From NCBI RefSeq assembly GCF_009914755.1, contig NC_060929.1: 64,000 nt of DNA; one strand, 5' to 3'. Within the stretch, counting starts at the first letter, position 1, and each line of letters opens with the position of its first letter. This DNA is from the human T2T-CHM13v2.0 reference genome, Homo sapiens. The notes under the pieces were generated by a model. That model saw only the letters and a list, made by a program, of their open reading frames with translations. It was not told the DNA's origin and did no database searches. The position numbers were made by a program, and so were the translations under genes. Of the stretch, positions 31,210-44,048 are shown in pieces.

Positions 31210-32660
31210 GTTTTTCTCTTGGGCTGTAAGATTATTTAGTCTGACTCCCTCTTATTAAAACCAAGGAAGCTGAGGACCAGAGACATAGCGTGGCTTTAGC
31301 AAAGTCCTTCAACCAGCAGGAACTGGACAGGATGTCAGATCACAAACTTCCTCACACAGAGAAGATGCTCTGTCCACAATGCTGACAGAAGACTTGACAT
31401 CACTTCACACCCAATGTGATTACAACCCAACTCAGGATCTTCCAAGCCTGGCTCCTCCTCCTGAACTTCCCATTTCTGTGAAGTGGAAGCTCCAAGAAGA
31501 CAGAGCTCACAGATTTATATTGATATATCTTACTCCCTGCTGTTTCCCCCAGAACTAGCACTTAGAAGGCACTCAAAAAATAGTGTGAATGAATGATTAT
31601 GAGAATTTGCCATCATTCTCTGTATTGTCTGAACTTGGAACTAATCGTTTTTCACTTCCTTTTCCATGGCCTCTAACAACTCACTGACTGCGAAGCTCTG
31701 TTGATTTTGTCCCCAGGGACTGCTTACTTTGGCCTCTTTCTCCACTTCCTGCTTCTCTCTCCCAAGAGACAGCGTGAGAGAGAGATACGAGCCTAAACCC
31801 TCACATTGGACTACAGCCTCATCTCCTGCCCCGACCTTTCCTTCTGCCACCTCCTCCTGTCCCCGGTTCCCCTTCCAGAACAAATGTTTTCACCGTGATC
31901 TGTCCCAGGGCAAAAGCCATCCACATTCTCAGTGCCTACATCTAAAGCCCATGCTCCTCGCAGTCAAGGCTCTCCAGCAACCGGCTTCCACCTCTCTTTC
32001 TAACCCAATCACACACTCTTCTGCCCCAGATCCCTCCACTCCCATGAGATGTCTCTGCTGGAAACACATCTTATACAGTTTTGCCTTTACACTTTGCACG
32101 TACTATCTTTATTACTTTGTGAATTCTAACCACCATTCAGGCCCAGCTACAGTCTTCACTATTGTAACAAAGGAATACAGCAGCAACAGTAGTTAGAACT
32201 TTCTAAATACCTTTCATGCATCAAGCGTAGGACTAAGTTATTCATATGCATTATTTTATTAACCTCCACAAAAACCCTAGGAGGTAAGTCCAACTATTAT
32301 CTTCATTTTATACAGTGGAAACATAGGCTTAGAAGTGTCAAGTAATGTACTTAACATCACAGACTAAGAACCTAGAACACATGGAATTCATACATACTTC
32401 TATCAGACCGCCAAAACCATGCTTCTAACCGCTAGGCTACATTGCCTAAAGCTGTCTGTTCCTTCTGAGCTCTGACAGCCCCTCATTACGTATAGCTACT
32501 TATTAGCCAACTTTCATGTTGATTGGTACTTTACTAAACATTTTCTTGTATGTACATGATTCTTGTCCCCAGTTACACTGTAAGCTACTGGAGAACATGA
32601 ATTGTACCTCTGGGGCCTTTGGGTCCTGCCTGACAAGTGCCTGCTGACTGAACTGATTAG
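31210..32660. mobile_element. Mosaic of L2 and MIR fragments
   Basis: gaagctgaggaccagag; tggaagctccaagaagacag...tgaatgaatg; cctccacaaaaaccctaggaggtaag; ctgtaagctactggag. Confidence 0.5.
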
Positions 32661-34049
32661 AGGTACACAGTATTCAATTCCCCTTAGGTGTTTTTGGTTA
32701 ATTCATCCTTTAGGCAGTGAATTCACTCCCCTTTCCTTCTTCCCCCCAAGCCCAGCTGCTAGTAGTGAGTATAAACAAAGAGAAGATCCTCACTGAGTTT
32801 AGGATCCTGAGTAATACACATTTGCATGGCTTAGAGGGTGGTCTGATGGTGGGTGCTGGAGTGACTTAGGAGTCTGGGTTTGTAGAATCTTGAACCTTTC
32901 AAGTCCTGAGGCCTTTGCGTAGTTAGAGATATTGTAAGAGGGGAAAAGAGACCCTGTAAAACAAAATCTGAGAAACCCTAGCAACTATTAAGAACAACTG
33001 TGGGATTTATTCACTTTCTTAACAATCAAAAACATAGTCAGCAATTAACTGTCCAGCTCTGGTTATACATCACTACAATATGTTCTTTTTGGTTAATGGA
33101 TCCATTTAAAATTAGTGTCATGAGATCTGACTGATATATCACTTTATATACGCAAAATGTTCTTTTGGGGTTCAACCATCAGAAAGCTGGTTGACCCTGA
33201 GTTAGTCACTGCCCCTCTCTGGGCCTCCATTTTCTCATACCCTGACGTTCTGGCAGGCTAATTAACATAGTTGTTTTTGGTTCATGTGAACAGTCTTGAG
33301 TTCTTGGAATGCATGGAACGAAATACTAGAAAAGCGCTCTGACATGTTAAAAGTGCCAGTTCAGGATGAGAGATCTCTCATTATTTATTTAGTGGTTTTG
33401 AAGGTTTGGCTTTTCTGTATCTCATTTTCTCAGGAAGATATAAACTCAGGAGGCTGTTTCTTGCGAGAAGCCTACACCTGTCCTGCAAAGGAGCTCCCAT
33501 TCTTTGTGGGTGTGGCTGCTCCACCCCGCCCTCTCCTGCTCTTGGGAAAACACCCTCAGAAGCAGCAGCAGGCGGCCTCCTTGTCCCTGAGCCCCTTGCA
33601 AAGTCCTCTCTGCTTCTCTGTTCCCTCCACCCACCCCCAGAGACGCCTCTGCCCTCTTGCGTGCTTTGCATGTAAAACACCAAAAGCTTTCCGCTAAGTC
33701 CACAGGGGAGGCAGATAACCTGCATCTGGAAGCCATCACCAGCTGCCTTGAGTGTGCCAGTAAACTAAAACCCCTGCATTCATTACAGGGAAAAGTGACA
33801 ATGTCTTTTTTTTAAGCCTCCCTTAAGACGTCTCAAATTGAATCTGGGGCTGCAGAGAAGGCTGCTGGGCAGAAGTGCTTGCTCAGCCAAATCAGACCTT
33901 CTTCCCTACCCCTCTCCAAAAGCATGTTCCGACCCCGTGGGCACAAAGGTTTAGGCAGAAAATTCAAGGCATAGTCCTTGTAGGGGCCCAGGAGTCACGA
34001 ATAAGGGGTCAGTAGGAGAAGCCAGGTAGGAAATCGTCAAAGTTCAAAA

Positions 34050-34355
34050 ATGTCACGCTGGAACAGTCCTGCGCTTGACTATGGTGACAGCTGCACAAAT
34101 CTGCACGTGATGAAATCACACAGAACTACCTATGCCTGCGCTCACACAGGCGTATACAAGTGAGCACACGTGGAGCTGTGAAATCTGAAGACTAAGGTCT
34201 GTGGATTGTACCAATGCCAGTTTCCTAGTGTTGATACTGTACTGCGGTTATGTCAGATGCTACCATTGGAGGAAACTAGTATACGGACTTGTCTACTATT
34301 TTTTGAAACTTCCTGCGAATCAAAAATCATTTTAAAATAAAAAGTTTAAAAAAAA
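34050..34355 (+). mobile_element. L1MC-like 3' end
   Basis: ggattgtaccaatgccagtttcctagtgttgatactgtact...ttttgaaacttcctgcgaatc...aaaataaaag. Confidence 0.75.
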
Positions 34356-34898
34356 ATCCTAGGCCAGTGGAAATGGATCTGGCTATGTCTCTCCAACTTC
34401 CTGGGATGTAAGTCCCCATGCTCTCTCAGGAGCCGATGATGAGCCTATTAATAAGAGTGAGAGCTTCAGCACCATCATCGTCAAGGTTCCAATTGATTGA
34501 CCACGTACTATGTATGAGGCACTAAGATATTTCTTCCTTTTGAACACTTTCTCAGTTGCACAAAACATGCCCACAAGGTTACCATCCCCATTTTACAGAA
34601 GATGATAATGATGCTGGGCAAAGCTGGCTTGCACCAAGGCTCTGTAGGGCCAGGCTCTAACTCAGCAGGCACTGAGGCTCCAGTGCTCATATCTGGGGAT
34701 GACTAACCAGCAAAGCACAGGTTTCTGTGACAGTATTGTGGCATCCAACGTGTGTTCCCTAGAAATCACTCAAGCACAGCCCTCAATTTCATCTCTGAAG
34801 GCACCTGGACCACCCTCTTGTCCCATCCCTCACCCTCACTCTGGTCAGAGAGCCCAAGTTAGCCACATACGTAGTGAAGCAAGGAAAACATCACTTAC

Positions 34899-34970
34899 AG
34901 GTTCTTCACATCGGTGATGCCGCGGAACGCCTTCCTCGGGATCCCCTGGATCTGGTTTTCACTCAAATCT
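34899..34970 (-). CDS. SLIT3: Internal 72-nt coding exon of Slit guidance ligand 3 (one leucine-rich repeat of the first LRR domain; probably exon 5)
   Basis: Minus strand reads ...ctcttctcttcttgtttag|A GAT TTG AGT GAA AAC CAG ATC CAG GGG ATC CCG AGG AAG GCG TTC CGC GGC ATC ACC GAT GTG AAG AAC CT|gtaagt, encoding (L)[23 protein letters not shown](L). Canonical AG acceptor with polypyrimidine tract, GTAAGT donor, 24-codon LRR module. Peptide recalled as SLIT3; the exon number is from memory. Confidence 0.93.
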
Positions 34971-35015
34971 CTAAACAAGAAGAGAAGAGGCACACTGCAT
35001 TAAAGACCCAGGCTG
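34971..35015 (-). promoter_or_regulatory. 3' splice site of the SLIT3 exon: polypyrimidine tract and candidate branch point
   Basis: Minus strand ctttaatgcagtgtgcctcttctcttcttgtttag; yUnAy-like TTTAAT about 30 nt upstream of the AG. Confidence 0.75.
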
Positions 35016-36044
35016 TCTTGATCTGCATCTCATTAAATGATAACAATCCCCCCCACCCAGGCTGCTGCCTCTGCGGTCAGAGTGTATGGCGGCTGTTTGG
35101 TCTCGGGCCCCAGGCTGCTACAAGCATTCACATTGTTCTTCAAGTGATGGCCGTTGCTGAAATGGTTACCAGGCGGAGCAGCTCGCCTCCAGGGCAGGCT
35201 CTGTGGGTGGTCTCGCACCTCCAGGCCACGAGCCAAGAGGCTGGGTTATTTGTTGCACACACTGCACCCAATTCTCTGTTTTCCCACCTCCCGGAGACAA
35301 CCCCCTGCCCCCCATCCCCCCAACCCCCACACGGCATTCCTCCCCCACTGTGGGGTCAACGCCGCTCAATCTCCCATCTCTCAGTGCTGTCCTCTGCTGC
35401 TCAGGACAATCTGCCTTTGTCACAGGGGATTGGAACAGAGCCTGCCCATTCTGATTTTCTGATGGGGGATGACCACTTCAGCTTACTCGAGAGTCCCAGA
35501 GATTCCTGGGGGCCCCTAGACCTTCTTAGTGACAGGCACGATAATTTCAAATTGCATTTCCACAGGTCCATGCAAAGTGGGGGTCCCACAGGCACCTCAT
35601 CTAGCATTAAGCAGTGCCAGCATGTTGCTTTGAGGAGGGTGAGGGATAGTGTCAGGTTCTACAGCTGGCTAAACCTATGTCCCCAGACTGTAAGCATTCC
35701 CAAAGCCTTACTTCCTTTCTAAGAAAGATATGGGCTGTTTTTTTTTTTTGGTTTGTTTCCCACATTTAGTTTTTGCTAGACCAAACATGTGCACTTGTTT
35801 TCACTAAGAACGCAGGCCTGCTTGGATCTCAACGAGTAATCAATCTGTAAAGACCGACCCATCAGGCCTCCAGAGCGTGCAAACTGGCCCTGCAAAACAC
35901 TCATGCCAGGCCTCCTTCCAGGCTGTTCCCGCACAGCCACAGGCTGCAGAAGCCTCTCTGAGGACTATGGCGTGGTCGGGGGGTGCAGAGCCGGGGGCTA
36001 GGGACACAATGAGCTCTTTACACTTTCTTCAGATATAAAAGGTG

Positions 36045-36082
<38 letters not shown>
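36045..36082. repeat. Compound (TC)8(AC)11 microsatellite
   Basis: Direct reading. Confidence 0.92.
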
Positions 36083-36084
<2 letters not shown>

Positions 36085-36186
36085 TGCTATACATACACAT
36101 TATTTTTTAAAAGAACACCCGAAAAACCCTCAAATATTAAGGTAAAAAAAAATAACGTTGCAGATCTAACTACTGCTACCAATTAC

Positions 36187-36189
<3 letters not shown>

Positions 36190-36241
<52 letters not shown>
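36190..36241. repeat. Perfect (AT)26 microsatellite
   Basis: Direct reading. Confidence 0.97.
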
Positions 36242-36246
<5 letters not shown>

Positions 36247-39084
36247 TCCACCAATATGACCTCACAATATACAGTCTATTATAACCTATTATTTTTGCTT
36301 GCTATATTGAGAACATCTGTCCCTGTCATTAATAGTGCATTGATATCAACATTTTTAATGGTTGTATATCGTCCAATTGTATGAGTGGCTATATGGGTCC
36401 CAAATTGTTGGGTAGGCATTTATTTATTTGCTATTTAATGAAAACACTAGGGTGAACTTCTGTGCATGCACATTTTGGGGACACTTGTCTAACTATCTCC
36501 TTGGTACGGGGTCCTAGAAGGAGAACTTGCTGGTCACAGGTTAAATGGGTCCTGAGTTGACCTACGGACAGATTGTACCTGTGGACACTCCATGCTGATT
36601 TTCCAAGGGCACCTAATCAAAAGCTTTAGATGACTCCAGTTATATTTGGCAGGAGACATCAGACGACTGCCCTCCACTAAAATCTGGGCAGTCTAAATGA
36701 ACATTTTGCAAAGGGGCAGGAGGGAAAAGAGGAAGCAGAAAAGAGGTGTCCACTTTTTTCTGATCTCCCATCTGCTGCTGGGACAAGCCATGTACTCTGA
36801 GCAGCTAGCTAAAACGAAACTTGACGATCATCTGGGGCTACTTTTAGGCCCACAAAACAAGGCTGACTTGGGGTAGAGTGCCGGTGTGAGTACTAGTGGC
36901 TTCTGGGGCTGAGTAACAGGGTGCTCCCTATCTCAAATCCAGTTTCCTCTGTCTGCAACCGATGTAAGTAAATTCAGATGCACAATGAGCGCTGTCTCAG
37001 GCTCCCCCAGCCAGGCCTGATTCAATGAGCAGGGCTCCAGCCTGGAGTCGGGGCGCTGAACAAAGCCCACGATGACAGCAGAGGTCAGGCGGTGTCACCA
37101 AGGCCACTCAGCTGCTCTCCATCAGCCTCCGGAGCAGGGGCCCAGGTCCTGTCATCTGACTAATGCAATTTCCACCAGGCATCTGGGCAGCACCCGAGGC
37201 TCTGGCAGTCACAATGAGTCCAGTCTTTTCTGCCAAATGAAGCTGGTCTGTAGGCCACCGAGCCTTTGCCCACTACCCTCCCAGGATTGGCTGCTCTCTC
37301 TGGCGGCTCTGGAAGATGAGCCCCAGTCACACTTTTGGAAAATGGTTGATGATCAAAATCAGAGGCAGGGGGAGCAAACAGGAGAGAGGTTTAGAGCTGT
37401 CAGCTTGAACCATAGCTGGAAGCTGGATGAGGGGGCATGTGTTCCAGTAATGCACTAACCTTGTTTGAGTAGACAACATCCCAAAATACACTGGGAGGAG
37501 TAGCAGTCGTACAAAGGTTCTGATTTGCAATACGGTGGGATGAGGAGAGGAGAGCGATATTTAAGCAGAAAAATCTGGCCATGTTGCTGGGAGACCTCCC
37601 ACACAGGCAAAATCCTGCACTTGGGTGGGGCAGCGCTTTGGTTTCTGTTCACTATTTTCTTGCTGTAAATATAACCAGCCTTGCTCCTACTTTACGGAGC
37701 CAGTTGAAACACAGCTTTCTTCCCATCTCCCTGTCACTGCTTTCCTCCTGTCCCAATTGAGCAAAACAGTAGATTGTAGGGAATTTATCTGATCCCCATG
37801 ACAATCTGCTTGTAAATTTTATTAATTTTATTTTCCATTGAGCTTCCCTTCTCCGGCTAACAATACTGCTGCCATCCATCTGCAGGACTGTATATTGATT
37901 TCATAAATACCTCCAGTGGGCTGACAAACTGACAGCTTCAATGGTGTTACTGATGGGGCGTGGAGGAGGGTTCAGGGCTGGGCGCTTCATTTTCGGTAAC
38001 AGTCCCTTCACAATTATCGCAGGGCCTTTGTGAGAGTTCCTAATAGTGTGTTTATCTCTACGTGGTGCCAGAGCATGGAGCTATCGTTAAGTACTATCCT
38101 CGAGAGAGACAAGAGCCACCATTTTCCACTGACACTTAAATAAAAATAACAAAATCTATCCACGATGCCCAAGAGCCTAGTGCTGGCCAATTTCCTGTTG
38201 GGGTTTTAGTGTCTCGCCTTTCACAAGGGAAGCAGCTCAGGGCTGAGGAGGGCAGACATGCTCAGAAGTGACCTGAGAAGGGGATTTTTGTTTTTCTAAA
38301 CACTAGAAGAAAGGCATGAGATTGGAGTAGGGTGCAGGAGTGGGAGGTGTGCAGTATTTTTCTGGGTAAGTAAAGGAAGATGGCTGGTGGGAAAGGCTTT
38401 CTTGGTTGGGGAGTAGGGCTAGGAATTGGGATGCCTTTTTAAATAATTAGGGCTCTGAGAGAAAAGGAGAACTGCATTAGCTAAAGTGCATTTTCCAGCT
38501 TCCGGAAAATGATTAACCAACTGATTATTCCATCCAAAAACACAAGACCAAAGAGGACTTATTAAGGAGACAGTAAGTCAAATAGGAGTTGGCAAGAACC
38601 AATATATCCCCCTTCTAGCCACCCTCCCCACCTTTTTAATTTACTAAAATGCTTTGGACACAGATTAACTTTCTTCGCAAATTTATTATTGCTTCATCTA
38701 CCCTTGAAATGGGAACTGCAGACACTTTGATAAATGGATTGAAAGGCTGTCTAGTTCCAGTGGAGCTTTTGAAATGCTTCCTGGGGCTCTCCCTGCAATG
38801 TCAGGCATGCTTTGTTCTCGGAGGAGCAGAGAATGACAGTTCCCACCTTCACCCCTACCCCTGCAAGACTAGGAGGAGGAACATGTTCTCCTCTTTGCCC
38901 TGCTGGGGACAATGCACTTGTCTTGGTCACATTCATGCTACCAGGAAATCCTGTCTGTGTTAAATGGCAGTTGGTGGAGGGAATTTGATCCTAGATGTCA
39001 CTCCCAAATTAATTCCGAAGCTACAAAATGGGGTTTGGAAGTTCCTCAAAACTTGGAGATTTCTTGTTTCTGAAGTGGGTGGGG

Positions 39085-39245
39085 CTAATTATGAGCTGTA
39101 TGATCATTCAAGTTACTAAAATGCTCTTTGCCTCAGTTTCCCCATCTTTACAGTGGGGTTGTTAGTTTTACTAACCTCATCAGTTAGTTGTGAGAGCGAA
39201 ATGATTACACGTAGAGCACCGTGTGGAATCATTTGCACATTAGTT
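39085..39245 (+). mobile_element. MIR
   Basis: gctgtatgatcattcaagttactaaa...tgcctcagtttccccatct. Confidence 0.7.
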
Positions 39246-39715
39246 GTGTGAATCTGGTCAACTGCATGACTCTGTCTCACATCTCCAACTGTCAAATGGG
39301 ACTGCTTTCCTAAGTCATACGGATAGTGCGCCCAGAAACATCACAGTCCCACCTGGAAGTCTATACAGGTGCCATTATGACTTATTAGACTACAGCTTGT
39401 AGTGCTCTGCAGAGCACTCTGCACAGCACCTAGAACACCGTAGGCACTCAATGAATAGCTGCATTTCCTTTTTGTAATTTCCTCCCATTTAGCACTGGAT
39501 TGACATTGCTGAAAATGTCCTTTTTCAGCACCCCCAGGACATATGCCTTCAACTCTACAAAGAATAAAATACGTAAATGTTGCTGTACTCTTTCCATAAA
39601 ATCTGAGGGAGGGATTAAAAAGTTTCTCTCCTCTGTCATCTAGACAGGGGTAGCCATGTTTGATTCTAGATTCTTTTGGATAAAACAAGAGAGCTGGATT
39701 CAGAAATAAGAGGTC

Positions 39716-40100
39716 TGTCTTATGTTGGGTTCTCTCAGAAACAGACACCGAGCCAAGGACACGGGGGTTAAGTGATTAATGAAGTGCTCCCGGGAGAGAC
39801 CAGTGAGGATGGAAACCTAATGGAAAAGGCAAATAAAAGTACAATCAGGTGAAGTCTTGGCCTTAGCCCAATATGATGGGGAACTCCTGTCTCTGAGCAA
39901 GGGAGCTGGGCTTCTGCAGCCCTGCATCAGACAGTCCTTGGTTAGGGACCACTCAAGAGAAATGTAAACTCCCAGGCTCTGCCTGCCCTCCATGAATGCT
40001 GGGTATGGTGACTCCAGCAACCCAAGGACAGATTGCTGAAGATGTTCCCAGCTAGGAGACTTTAGCAGTGAAGTTCAAAGAAGCAGGTGATAGGAACCAG
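39716..40100 (-). mobile_element. Old ERVL-type LTR (LTR16-like)
   Basis: tgtcttatgttgggttctctcagaaacagacaccgagccaagga resembles a reverse LTR16 terminus, from memory. Confidence 0.45.
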
Positions 40101-41527
40101 TAGCAATAGAAGGAACCCAAGGGGATCCACCCCAAAGTATTCCTAAGAAGGCTTCGGGGATAGTTCTGAATCTACAAGTCCTCAGCAGATTAAAATATCA
40201 CTCTCAAAAGATGGCATATCTAGGACCACAGATCAAGAGGCTACAAGGGAAACTAACTGACCAAAGAATGTGGGAACAACCCAATCTGGCATCTGATGAG
40301 GTTTGCACTTCTTTGACTACCTCTTCAATCCCTCTGCACTGAGACCAATGTGGTGCCTTTTCAATAACATTAAAAAAAATTCCATCAACTCTTGATTAGT
40401 TAGGCTAAAATAGGGGATGATCTTCAAAGCATTTATGTTTGGAACCATTATTGGATTTGGGATCAGGGCAGTGAATTACCATTCTGATTCTCTTTGGCCT
40501 GAATATATATTAAAATTACTTTCACATTCTCTGCCCAGTAGGAGGAAACCTGCCCATTGGTGCATTCAGTATCAATCAAAACTCATTTAGGGATTTAAAA
40601 AATTTTGACAGATAATGTACAAATCTAAAATTTCCTGTACTCTCAATACTACCATCTTACATAAAGCTGCACTCTTTCTTCCTGCCCCCTGAACCCCAAC
40701 TTTCTAATATATAGTAACCCAGTGACACATCGCTCTGTGCTAGGAGCTAAAGAGAAAGACACTGTTTTGCTTACTTTATTTTATACAGCAGGAGGGACAA
40801 ACATGCAGGAAAAATTATCCCCTGGGGATTCTACAATGTGGACTTCAGGGAAGATTTATCTTAATAGGTACATCTCTTCTGCAGGCAATTTATCTTAATA
40901 AGCAAGATTGTATGTTTGCAGTTGGGTCACTGTCAAAATCAAATGAGCACCAAGCATATGTCCCAGCTAAGCTCTGGTACCTCCAGCTGGGTGTCTAGTC
41001 AATGGCAGCCTTTGTCTGAGGAAGATTACAATGGAGTAATGACTAATTTCCTGAAAGAACTGACACCTATCTCAGGGATCCAGGGAATCAAAGTATCAAT
41101 GGGGGACAAAAAAACGCCAATTATTTCCCACTGCTCCAGTTGTGTTTCTGAATATTTCATTGCAGTGAGAGTTTACTTTACGTGTTCCCTTGAGGTTAAA
41201 AAGTTACTGGATGAAGGATATCAATAAAAGCTCCTTCTGCAATCCTTTCCCTCACAGATTCATCAGAAAAGTCCTGGCCATGCCATTCAGATGTTTAATA
41301 CTGATGGATTAAGTGTCAGCTCAGATGCTTATTTCCCTCAAAAATGAATTGAATACCTACTATGTGTTCCACTATGGTTGAAGTTGAGATAGAAAAGTGG
41401 ATAGTCCTAAGTTTCTGTCCTCCTGCAGTTTACATCCTTATTTATCCCAGATACAAAGAAATAGACCCCCTTACTTCTACAAATATAAAATAAACATCTA
41501 GACACCTCAAAAAGTGAGAGCAAGGAT

Positions 41528-41820
41528 GGGTGGCCGCTCATGCCTGTAATCCCAGCACTTTGGGAGGTTGAGGCGGGTGGATCACCAATGTCAGGATTTC
41601 GAGACCAGCCTCGCCAACATGGTGAAACACCAACTCTACTAAAAATACAAAAATTAGCCAGGCGTGGTGGTGGGCACCTGTAATCCCAGCTACTGAGGCT
41701 AAGGCAGGAGAATGGCTTGAACCCGGGAGCGGGAGGTTGCAGTGAGCCAAGATCACACCACCGCACCCCAGCCTGGGTGACAAGCGAGACTCCATCTAAA
41801 AAAAAAAAAAAAAAAAAAAA
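41528..41820 (+). mobile_element. AluS
   Basis: Alu body, long poly(A), flanks gagagca. Confidence 0.95.
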
Positions 41821-42149
41821 GAGAGAGAGCACCAGTTTCACTGTTTCTCCGTTTTATCCAGAAGAAAGCTTGTCTCTAAACTCACACTATGGATTGCTCC
41901 CAGACCAAGCAAAAGATTTTACAGTTTATTTTAGCTGGGGCCCAAAATCTTTTTAAATTTTCGGAAGGAAAAGAGAGAGATGCCAATCTGAATCAAGAGG
42001 ACTCACAGGGAATGCAGGCTTGTTTCATCAGGTACTTTGGTTTTATCTTTCAAGGTGGACAGTTTGAGAAAAATCAGAATAGTACAAAGATATTATCAAG
42101 AATTGGGATGGTATGGGGCTGTTGTTGTCATAGAATAATCTTCTGATCA

Positions 42150-42478
42150 GATAGACCATGAACCTTGCTATGAGAACAAAATACACATTCATTCCTGTTA
42201 ATTTTTAAAAATTTAAAGTGAGAATAGAATTGTGGTTATGTTTTCTTTCATTTATGTCTTTATCTTTGAGAGATACATACTGAAATAATTAAGAATAAAA
42301 TGATCTCTAAGTTTTGCTTCAAAATAATATAGGAGAGAAAGAAGTGGTAGAAGAATAGATGAAACAAGGTTGGCCATGGGTTGATACTTATTGGAGCTTG
42401 GCGATAAGTACAAGGGAGTTTCATTTATCATCTGTGCTTTGCTTTTATGTATGTGTGACATTTTCCATAATAAAAAAA
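42150..42478 (+). mobile_element. Old L1M 3' end
   Basis: ttgagagatacatactgaaata...gatgaaacaaggttggccatgggttgata...ttttccataataaaa. Confidence 0.75.
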
Positions 42479-42572
42479 GCATGCAGATTCCTGGGGTCCA
42501 TCCCAAACCTACTGAATCAGAAACCCTAAGGATGGGCTTCAGTCTAATTTTAAACAAGTTTGAGAACCATGG
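42479..42572. mobile_element. MER5A half element
   Basis: atgcagattcctggg...cctactgaatcagaaac...tttgagaacca. Confidence 0.75.
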
Positions 42573-43737
42573 GTGGAATGATGATTGCATCGGATTAGGT
42601 GCTAAGTTCACATCCCGGTTCTGCTACTCAACATGCTGTGTGTCTTTAAGAGCACCAGTTCAATTCTCTGAATCTCAACTTGCACTTCTAAGAAACTGGG
42701 ATAGGCATCAGAGATAATGGACAAGCGAGTGCTTTCTAAACTCTTATGCAGTATATAATGCAAATTCCTATCTTCATGTTCTAGCATGAAGTTCACAAAT
42801 ATAGCATCCTACTACCTTAAATGTTAAAGTCTAATTTTAGGGAAAATTTTGGGAGCAGGATGCAAAGGCCTCCTGTGTCTCAGACATGAGACTGCTGATG
42901 TTGGGCAAAATGCCTGTGGGATAGGCAGAGGCACAGGAGAAGGCTGAAGTGGGGAGAATGATGACATTTAATCTGTACTTCAGAAAGCCACTCAGGAGCC
43001 CGGGGAGGCTGACCTAGAAGGGTAAGAGTCCATGGATGGTTACACCCTCCCCTGGGAGCCAGAGACGTGGCAGAAGAAAACCAAGCACTTTGTCCTTGGA
43101 CTCCTTCAAGCTTGGAGGGGAGACTGGTTGCTGGGATTAGGACATTCCTGGTAAGGCCTCACAGACCAGGGATTCCCTACAGTTTTCTAGGAAGGCTGAA
43201 ATCTGGGAGAAATCACTAGAGGGCAGGTGATGAACAGGGCTGAACAGCCAGGCTGAGAAACAGTCCTGGAGCTGTGACTGAGGGTGAAGGCCTGAGGTCC
43301 AAGCACTATGGAGATAAGACGCTTGGTCCCAGGGGAGCATTCTGACCAAAGGGAAAAAGGAAAAGAACCTGTTAGGCTGCAAGCTTCTACAAAATGCTAC
43401 AGATGGAGTTGAGATTATAGGTTTGCTCTGTGACTAGTTACCAATACGAGTGCCTGTTTTGTCTCTTTCTGGGCAGGTGTTCCAAAGATTGCAAACTCAG
43501 ATGCTTCAGGGTTGTGCAGGTAAAGTAAATGAGGAAGTCGGGCTGCATGTGGACAACAGGAATAGTCAGAAAGCGAGCTGGGGATGTTATTTCAACAAAA
43601 TCAAAACCAAATAACTCTCTGTGCCGGCCAATTGGATGCTTCACCCTGGGAAGAACTTGGCCTGCAGGCTCAGATTTGTGACCAGTGAGGATGCAGAGAC
43701 TGTCACCTCCTCAGGGGCGATCTGCTAATTCTAGAAT

Positions 43738-44048
43738 GGCGCTGTCCCATGGAAATATATCACAAGCCAAGAATGCAATTTAAAATTTTCTATTAGCCAT
43801 ATTAAAAACAGTAAAAAGAAACAGTTGAAATTAATTTTAATATGATATTTAACTCAATATATCCAAAAGATTGCCATTTCAAGATGTAATCAATATAAAC
43901 ATTTATTAATGAGATGCTTTGCATTCCTTTTTTCATTCCAAGTCTTTAAAGTCTGATGTGTATTTTACACACACCTCAATCTGGACTGGCCACATTCTGA
44001 GTGCTCAGTGATCACACATAGCTAGTGCCTACTATATTGGACAGTATG
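43738..44048. mobile_element. MER33-like hAT-Charlie fossil
   Basis: gcgctgtccc...aaaattttctattagccatattaaaaa...gccacattctgagtgctcag...tattggacag; degenerate terminal inverted repeats. Confidence 0.8.

Noticed and set aside
34874-35722. Longest ORF (282 aa, + strand)
   Set aside because: GTG start, no recognisable domain, antisense to the real SLIT3 exon; GC-rich sequence explains the lack of stops.
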